A stretch of 62,018 nucleotides of DNA, counting the filler. It is 7 parts of 7 records of this genome, joined end to end, with 100 filler letters (N's around TTAATTAATTAA, not from the genome) between each part and the next. Parts side by side here need not be neighbours in the genome. Positions count along the whole stretch, not along the records: positions 51,966 to 62,018 come from SRR7504441_9071; 6 more parts are not named here. The stretch is one strand, 5' to 3'. The first letter of the stretch is position 1. The number at the start of each line of letters is the position of its first letter. A model generated the notes under the pieces. The model was given only the letters and a program-made list of their open reading frames with translations. It ran no database searches and had not been told where the DNA came from. The translations under genes and the position numbers were made by a program. Below are positions 54,452-62,018 of the stretch, in pieces.

Positions 54452-57400
54452 TCATTGGAATATTTGATCGCTCATCCCTTGCGTATGTGCACAGCTCTCC
54501 AGAGAAGACGCCAAGATTAAGTTGTTCTTCACCTCTTCGACACTAGTTGATTCAGGCAAGAAGAGCGTATTATTGCAAGACCTCGCTGCCGGCAGCGGTG
54601 ATGTGATATGGATTGGCTTGGCGATTTGTACCTTCATAGAAGGCAGGCCGCCAGGGTCTAGTCCCCTCTTGGCAGTCACGAAATGCAGGAAGTCTTTCCG
54701 TTGCTCATTGTCAAGCTGCACCAGCGCGCCAACTAAATGATGGAACGAGGAGCTTTCCCTCGTGTATCCAGCAATAGGGTGCAGGTACTGAAACAGACTT
54801 TGCCTTTCGGCCTCCTCCACCTGGGCCTGGGGGGTGTCTGTGGGTGGATTCGGCCAGGCCCAGCACACTTGCGTGTCGGTGCACAGCAGTTTGCGCAACT
54901 CGCGTGGCTCGAACAACTGGACTTGTCGAGGCTCGAATACGTCGCTCATCCCCTGCCTGAAAGCCTCTACCTGCTTGGCCACGCCTCTGTGAAACCATAG
55001 CTCGCACAACTCGTCGACAAACCGGCGGAGCGATCCTGCAGTTAATTCGACTTCCTCGTCTTCGCCTCCTGGGTGTAAGTCCAGCTGAGTGATCCACTCA
55101 TCGCGGAAGACCAACCCCAGACCCGTGAAAACATCCGCCACCGAGTCTTCACTGTCACTGCATGACGGGTCGACAGTTGACCAGCGAAGCTTGTTGATGT
55201 CGACATCATTCTGCGACTCAAGAAGCTGCGCCAATTGTGAGAGTCCTTTGATTGGAACCGGCGCAACGGAGGGTAAGTCCGCAGGACCCAGAACACTACT
55301 GAGAACTAGCTTGAAGAATGCAGTGGAAAGAGGCAGGGGCACAGTGTAGTTATCCCTCAGGGCCCGTGCGAGCAATCTCCCAATGAAACGCCACTGGCTT
55401 GTGGCCACGGTCACACTCTCGGGGTTCTCAATATCGATGGGCCGTGGGAATAGCCCCTCATTTGGTACCTCCACTAGGGCATCCGCCTCTTTGCCAATAC
55501 ACCCCGTTGGGAGGAACACCAGATGTGAATCTGAAAAGGTAGACTGCATCTGCAGCGCCGCAATGCAGGTATAGCACTCCTGGGTGACTCCAGAGCCGAA
55601 GGCTTGATCACGATTCTGAGTCATTTCTAGCACAGACCTTGAGGAGCTGTGAGTTTCAAATAATTGCTGTAAATGAAGGAGAGCCTCGCTATTCTTAAGA
55701 TCCGGAACCTTGGCCATTTCTACGCGGAGAGTGCCAAGTTGGTGCTCTCGGATTCTCTCTCTGATCTCTACAGAAACTGCCTGGGCTTGCATCAGCTCCA
55801 TTTCGGCTTGTTGCTTCTGCTCTGCAGTCGAATCTTGTTTCAATTGACCAGCTTGTACCGAGGCCAAGAACTCTCTCTCCAAAGCAAACTGCTCCTGGCT
55901 TCGCAGCTGCTTCCGTCGTATCAGCCTTTCCTGCATCCAATACAGACTGTGCGACACCCCATAGCTTGTACACTCAAACAAATCCTTACGGACACTAAAG
56001 TCGAGTAGCGAATGGGGCACAACAAAGCACCACTTCGGCAGGACCTGGGTAGTCATTGAAAGCGCGTCCTCCAGCTGATATCGAAGCTTCGAAGTCAATT
56101 TACGATTCACCCACTTGAGATTCGCCTTGTCTACAAACTGCTGGTGCAGCAGAGCAAGCAATGTGACCGCAGCCCGCGCCTCCGGGTTCTGCAGCCCGCA
56201 GTTCTTCAAACGCTGTGGGAGTTCCGCAGTTGGGGGAGGCAATAAGAGCTGTCTGCCCGAATCTAGACTGCGAGGCGCCGAGCACAGAGAACGATATAGC
56301 TCGAACAGTCGTTGCCACTGGTTGAGCGAAGCAACCACATTTGGTGGCCCCAATAGACCCATTTTGTGGAGCCAATTTGCTCTTCCTAAGTGTTGCAGGC
56401 TTTGCACAAACTCTTCTTTGGAGGCCGATTGAGACTCGACAGCACTGCAGAGCGTGTCGTCACTCGGCCAAGGCAGGCTTCGGCCCATGCTCGGCTCCAG
56501 TCCCAAGGCAGTGTCTCTAAGCAGGCAACCAGGGCCCACATTTAGTACATTGATGGTGTACTTTAACTCGTACCTGCGCCGCCACGGAGCCTGGGTAAGT
56601 GCCTTCCTGTGGTGATTATGGTATAGCATTTGGATGCACTGGAAGAATGATGCATCGTCTGGCAACTGGATGGTGGCTGGATCTTTTTTGTTGATTGTTG
56701 AGACCGGACTCTTTTTGCAGGTTTCGCTTGGCAGTCCATCAACGCTGAACTCAAAGCGCAGGCTCACCTCAGGGTGACTTGTTTGCTGGTCGGATTGCTC
56801 ATCACTGGAACTCTCTTCGCTGCTAGGGGCTACCTCGATGCGATTGACAGTGCTTTTACCATCCTTGTCGTGCCTCTCGAATGCGGCCATTGCTCGCTCC
56901 AGAGGTACTGAACTATTGGCTGAGCGTGTTCGCCCTAGAGGTGAGCGACTCTGCACCTTAGGGATTCGAAGCCTGCTGGCTGGCACGTTGGTCTCAACGG
57001 TCCCCTCGTCCGAGACCACAGCAAACACCTTACCCTCGTCGGCCTCGTCGATAATAGTGACTTGCATCCAGGGAGATTCCTCGTTTGCTTCCTGCTTCTC
57101 GCATTGCACTCTCTGACCTGTGCGCATCTTGCTTCCGCCGTCCTGAAGTGTTGGAAGGGCAGGCAGCAGCCTAAGACTCTTCTCATGGGTTGTCTTGCGC
57201 TTAATACACTTGACATCGGCATCCGAGAGGTGCTCCTCGAGCGCTGCGGTAAGCATTTGGCACACGGCAGTTGCCTCGGCCTCGGTCTGGACCACTGCGA
57301 TGTCGAGCTCCACCTTATCCTGCCCATCTGGCAGCCCTTTCGCAGCGATTTGTAATGCGGCCACTGTTGAAGCAAACTCGTGAGCGTCTCCAGGAAATCC

Positions 57401-60400
57401 ACGATCACGGAGAGTGTAATTTGAGCCTGGCTGTGAGCTGTAGCATGGCGTGGCGCCCTCAATCGAGGAGGTCTGCGCGGCCATCACGTGATTGAATAGC
57501 GTCTCGAACTTATCCTGCATCGGTCCATGCGCAGCCACGCCATTCATGACCATCTCAGCGCCATCCTTGAGCACAGCAATGAGGTCCTCAATCATCACCC
57601 TGGTAGGCCCGTCAGAGCCAGGCCCGTTGTGCTTGGGGTTGAGGGTGGCCACTAGCAGCTGCACTGAGATCTCGTCCATGTGGTAGGCTTTGGTCATGAT
57701 TTGTCCCACATACATCAGCAGTTCAATCACTGAGTTGATAAATACAGCCAGCGCAATCTGCGAGACCGGTGACAAGTCCTGCCCACTCTCCCCGAGTATC
57801 CCCATTAGGACAGCTGGGTGCAGCATCTGTGATGCCCGCCTCACGTCAACTGAGAATGTGCCATTGGCAGATGCATGCTCTAGAACTTGCTCAAATGTGC
57901 GCTGCATGAAAGAGCCGAGCGACGGACTCCGGCCATCTGTCACTGCGCGGAGCCACATGTGAGGCTCAGCAGCCAGCAGCACTGCATGTCCGTGTGCGTG
58001 CACAAGCAGCTCGACACACTGCTGCAAGTAAGAAATGGCAGAATTGTGCAACGGAATCGCCCCGTCGTTGTGGTACAGCTGCGATAGAGCTGACGAAGAT
58101 TGCGATCGCTCAAGCGAGCCTTGTATCAACGCCGTGCGGATTCCCTGATCCATCAACTTTTTCAGCTTTTCGTCCAAGTCGACTCTGCGAACCTGAGTTT
58201 CATCATCTGTAGAGCCTTGCTTGACAAACACCATCCGCTCGAGAACTACTATGCCCTGGTGGGCCCCATCTGTTAGCTCAGGCTGGGCATTCTTGTCTGC
58301 GTTGTATGCAGACTCCAGGATAGCAGATGGGCCCGGCTCAAAGTCAGACCAGCTGTTGTCCCCAGTTTTTAGCTCCCAGATTGTACTCGGTCCACCTGTA
58401 GAGGAGGACGGGACTGAACCTGACGAGGAGTTCATTGGCACCTGCCCATTAAACAGGAGGTTGATTGCCATCTCGAGGTTCCCATTGGCCAGCTTGAGGC
58501 CCTGCAGGCACAGCTCGCGCGGCAGCTCAGTGATCATCGTGCACTGTGCCAGCTCCTCCTGCCACATGTCTTCAGCAGAGGTCTGCTTGACCGCTTCCCT
58601 GTCTGTAAAGCCGCTACGAGGCAACTGAATCACAACATCGTACTCACGGTCTGCTGCAGTGACATCTTCGAGTACTTGACCTGGCTGGGCAAACGGCTTG
58701 ATGGTGGTGCTCTCTACTTTGACATCGTTCAGGCTGATCACCAGGTAATCTCGTGAAGCAAGCACAACCTGCAGCTGCTGCTGGCTGCCTTCGTACTGCA
58801 GTGTGTGTGCCACCAGCCCATCTGCATTGCAATAGGTGGCCGCAAGCACATGGGCTACCCTGCTGACACTCTTACCAGCCTGGCCATACATCCCTCTATC
58901 GCGGATCTTGGCGCCGAGCAGCTTTGCACACCAAGCCAGGTAAACCTCGCTCTTGATTGGCATTGTGCGCAGCATGTGATGCTTTACCTGAAGCATTCGA
59001 ACCAGGGGCTGCACATGCACTGTGCTTGCCATCTCTGCGCTGCTAAGCGCCAGCTCACACGGCTGGAGCAGCGAAGAAAGGCCAAACCTATGATCTGGCT
59101 GTGTGTATACTGGAAGGTCCTCGCACTCGGACACAATGTGGTGCAGACGCTCGATCAGCAGCCGCAGCGCTTCCGAGTCGGGACCGAAATGTCGCTCGAA
59201 GGCGCTCCAATGCCCTGCAGAAGTCCCATCTTCTGCGGTGACCCACTGCAGCAGAGCACACGGCACCCTGTTCGAGTGCAGTTCGTAAGGCGTCGCCTGG
59301 TGGATCCTTTCGGCCAGCTGAGCCAGCAGAGGCTCGCCCGCCTCCTGTTTGCACTGCCCGAGCTCCGTCGAGAGCGCGCCAAGTGCCTGTGTGATCTCCT
59401 CCCCTTCCGAGCTGATCCCACCCTGGCTCTCCTCTACAGACTCGACCAATGTGATCAGCCTGCTGGCCAGCTTGCTCACAGAGTCTGGGCGCGTAGTCCC
59501 CGAGAGTGTGCGCATCAGCCCGTGTCGCTGCTTATCCCGGCAAGTCTTCAGGTTGGCAATTGCAGGCACCAGCCCGTGTCGCAGCATCTCTCGCACGAGT
59601 GGAGGGCTGGTCGACAGCAGCATCTCGGTCAGCTTGAGCCCCTGCATCGCGGTGGCTAGTGAATCAGTCTCAAACAGCTGCTTGACGAACGCACACAGCT
59701 GTCGATGCGTGCCCAGCTCCACTAGTGCTGCAGACTGCAGCTGTTCCTCCGACAGCCGCTGCACAATCGCCTCCACCACAGTCACAAGCTGCCTCTCGAG
59801 CGCCAGTGGCTGGACCAGCTCGTAGCTTTGGAGCAGCGACGGGAGCAGCAGCGAGAGCACCTGCGGCTGGATCGCCTTCATTGTGTCGTGGCACTCGGCA
59901 GCGGCCTGCTGCAGCTCGAGCACGGAATAGATTACTGGTGATGGAGACACCCCGCTATCGTACGCATCTGCGGTCCAGCCGCTGCTAGGCGGGGTCTCGG
60001 ACGCGCTTTTGTTGCACCGGTAGAATACTTTATCTAGGTTCTTTGTTCTGAAGTCACTCGGGCTGCTGTACGCGCTCATCAGAGCGAGCGTCCACCGGTA
60101 GGCGGAGCTGCAACCGGTGCGGAAGAGATGCATCTGGGGCGTGTCGGGTGTCACTGGGGCAACGCAGTAAACCATGGCCCCGTCGAGCAGCCCCTGCAGC
60201 TCGTAGACTGCATTCACGCTCGGCTCACCCGCCCCTGACACAATCACAGCGGAATCCTGAGGGTCCAGCTCCACAATCAGCTGCTCGGTCTTCTGGGACG
60301 ATTTGGCCGGCCGTTCCATCGGCAGATAGAACCCATTTGTCCCGCGCAAGTACCGGGTGTCTGTGTTGTTGCCTTGCACCACCACACCAGTCACAATTGC

Positions 60401-61777
60401 CCCACTAGGCACAAACGAGCCATGCCCGACCCGATCCGAGAACACAGGCGTGCGCCGGTGGGCCACTCCGCGGCTGGAGGTTACCTGGCATACCACCAGC
60501 TCGTCTGTCTCCTTCCAGTCTAGTGCCACGCTGGCAAGCGTCGAAGCGAGTGACACCGCACTCGAGAGCGTGTTGCTATCCTCGCTGTGAGCCTGGGTCG
60601 TGCCCAGGACCTGGGAGAGCTGCTCCAGTAGCCCTAGCTGGCACAGCTCGCAGAACTGGCGCAGCCCCATCCCGCACCGCTTGATGATCCGGTGGCACGC
60701 CAACTCGTGAGTCGCCATCGTGTCCGCACCCGTGAGCCCAAGGTTGCTCACTTCGGCTGGCCAGTCCACAGAGTCGTCCGCGCAGACGTCCTCATTCCGA
60801 CCGGCGCCCACGTCGCCCATGTCGCCCATGTCGCCCATTAGGCCCATCTCTGCGTGGTTGAACAGCCCTGCCAGCCCGGGCAGTCCGCCATTCGCCTCTA
60901 GCATCATTGCAGGACCAAGCTGTCTCTCCACAGCTCGGAGCAAATCAGGGCCCAGCTGCGCCTCCATCTCCTCCAGCTGCTCCAACCGGAACATCCCACT
61001 CAGGCTGGATTGCCGGAGTAACCGCTGCATCCGCGAGGGCGACGGGAGCTCCGGAGGCTCAGGTTCATCGTCCGGTTCGCCGTCGCCCGAAGGGATGCAG
61101 CGCTTGCACACGTCATACGAGCAGAGCTTGCACAGCCAGCGCTCGGTGCCCGGCGGCCGGGAGGTGCCACAGATGTCGCAGTACCTGCCCGGCAAGTCAG
61201 CTGCAGGCACGGGGCACGGGCTGGGCTGGTGGGCAGGCAGGGAGTGCGCACCAGTTGCCGAGGGCGTACACTCCGTCTGTAGACGTGGATAGCTCGATCG
61301 GGTGGCCATTCCGGCACACGTTCTCCTCGGACGGCGGCGAATTGGGCTCCGGGCCAGCTTCCGGGGCCGGGGGCGTTTCTTGGTGGCTGTCCAGGCTCTC
61401 CAGCAGATCCTCCTCCTCCTCCGAGTTGGAGATCTCGGACTCGACCAAGTCGGTGATGGCCGCCCCCGGCCCGATCATATACTCTGGATCGCACGATTCG
61501 GGCATCCACTCGTCCGGCTCGCCCCCCTGGTTCTCTGCTTGCCCGCACAGATACACCATCGCCTCATCGTAGTCGCCTGCGGCGAAGTCGAGCGCCTCCT
61601 ATCCCAACGCCTCGGCCTCTCCGGCCAGCCCGGCCGGGCGCGGACCTCCAGCTGCTCGTCCGAGAAGCAGTCGCCTGAGAGGCCCTCACATTCCAAGCTG
61701 TTGAGCACCTGACCACCGGCGGTGAGCCCAGCCAGCCGGACCGGGGGCACGTCGCGGAAGTCCTCGAGTTGCGACAT
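54452..61777 (-). CDS. Large HECT E3 ubiquitin ligase (TRIP12/UPL3-like) with UBA, ZZ-like finger, ARM, WWE and Tudor-like domains
   Basis: C-terminal HECT (FIGRLLARALRD, FLHFVT, LPAARSCNNTLFLP); VNRKLTSKLRYQLED; UBA LQGLKLANGNLEMAINLLF; WWE-like WSDFEPGPSAILESAY; introns 61709-61750, 61599-61645, 61185-61251. Confidence 0.92.
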
Positions 61778-62018
61778 GCTCGTGCGCTGCGCTCGTGGGC
61801 TGGGCACGCGCGGCTACCCGACCTGCCTCACGAGGTGCAAGGCGGACTGCGTGTGTGCCGGCGTCAATCGGCCTGGTGAAAAAAAAACTCGCATCACTCT
61901 CGAGAGCTCATGATGCGCAGGGCTGCAGACTAAGGCCGCGAGCAGCGGAGAGGCCAGCCATGGCACGTCACGGGGTCTGGGAGTGGCGGGGCGACCGGCC
62001 CGACCAGTGGCTGGCGTA

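Noticed and set aside
1-62018. Prokaryotic system (operon, CRISPR array, defence island, prophage)
   Set aside because: Genes are eukaryotic with spliceosomal introns; no repeat-spacer array, integrase or transposase was seen

Overview
Gene-dense, GC-rich eukaryotic (protist) genomic DNA. It consists of seven unrelated contigs joined by six artificial 100-nt spacers (44 N + TTAATTAATTAA + 44 N), so synteny across spacers means nothing. About 36 protein-coding genes can be supported once very short spliceosomal introns (mostly 35-50 nt, GT-AG with frequent GC-AG, branch motif like CTGAC/CTGAG/CTCAC) are taken into account; most long ORFs in the ORF track are GC-bias shadows. Recognisable genes: alpha/beta hydrolase, ankyrin protein, RNase D, RCC1-repeat protein, REV1, LPMO-like protein, two RWP-RK factors, sulfotransferase-like protein, RING E3, importin-11, VOC-fold protein, Kir channel, WDR6, sialidase-like protein, ARM/LRR protein, GDA1/CD39 NTPDase, GPD1, meckelin/TMEM67, EB1-like protein, NAAA/ceramidase, ADPRM, TMEM143, enoyl-CoA hydratase, Tma17/Adc17-like protein and a large HECT E3. 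TMEM67 implies a flagellated cell and RWP-RK a non-opisthokont lineage (inference). The most notable observations are: (1) two near-identical hairpin-forming 38/39-nt introns in unrelated genes on different contigs (introner candidates); (2) a head-to-head/tail-to-tail architecture with tiny bidirectional promoters and GTAC-packed AT-rich 3' spacers; (3) a spliced pre-pro-peptide gene ending in a 4-Cys peptide; (4) unusual domain architectures (RWP-RK+BRK+AT-hook, EF-hand Kir, LPMO with axial Trp, REV1 without an N-terminal BRCT). All assignments come from motif recognition by eye; no searches were run.
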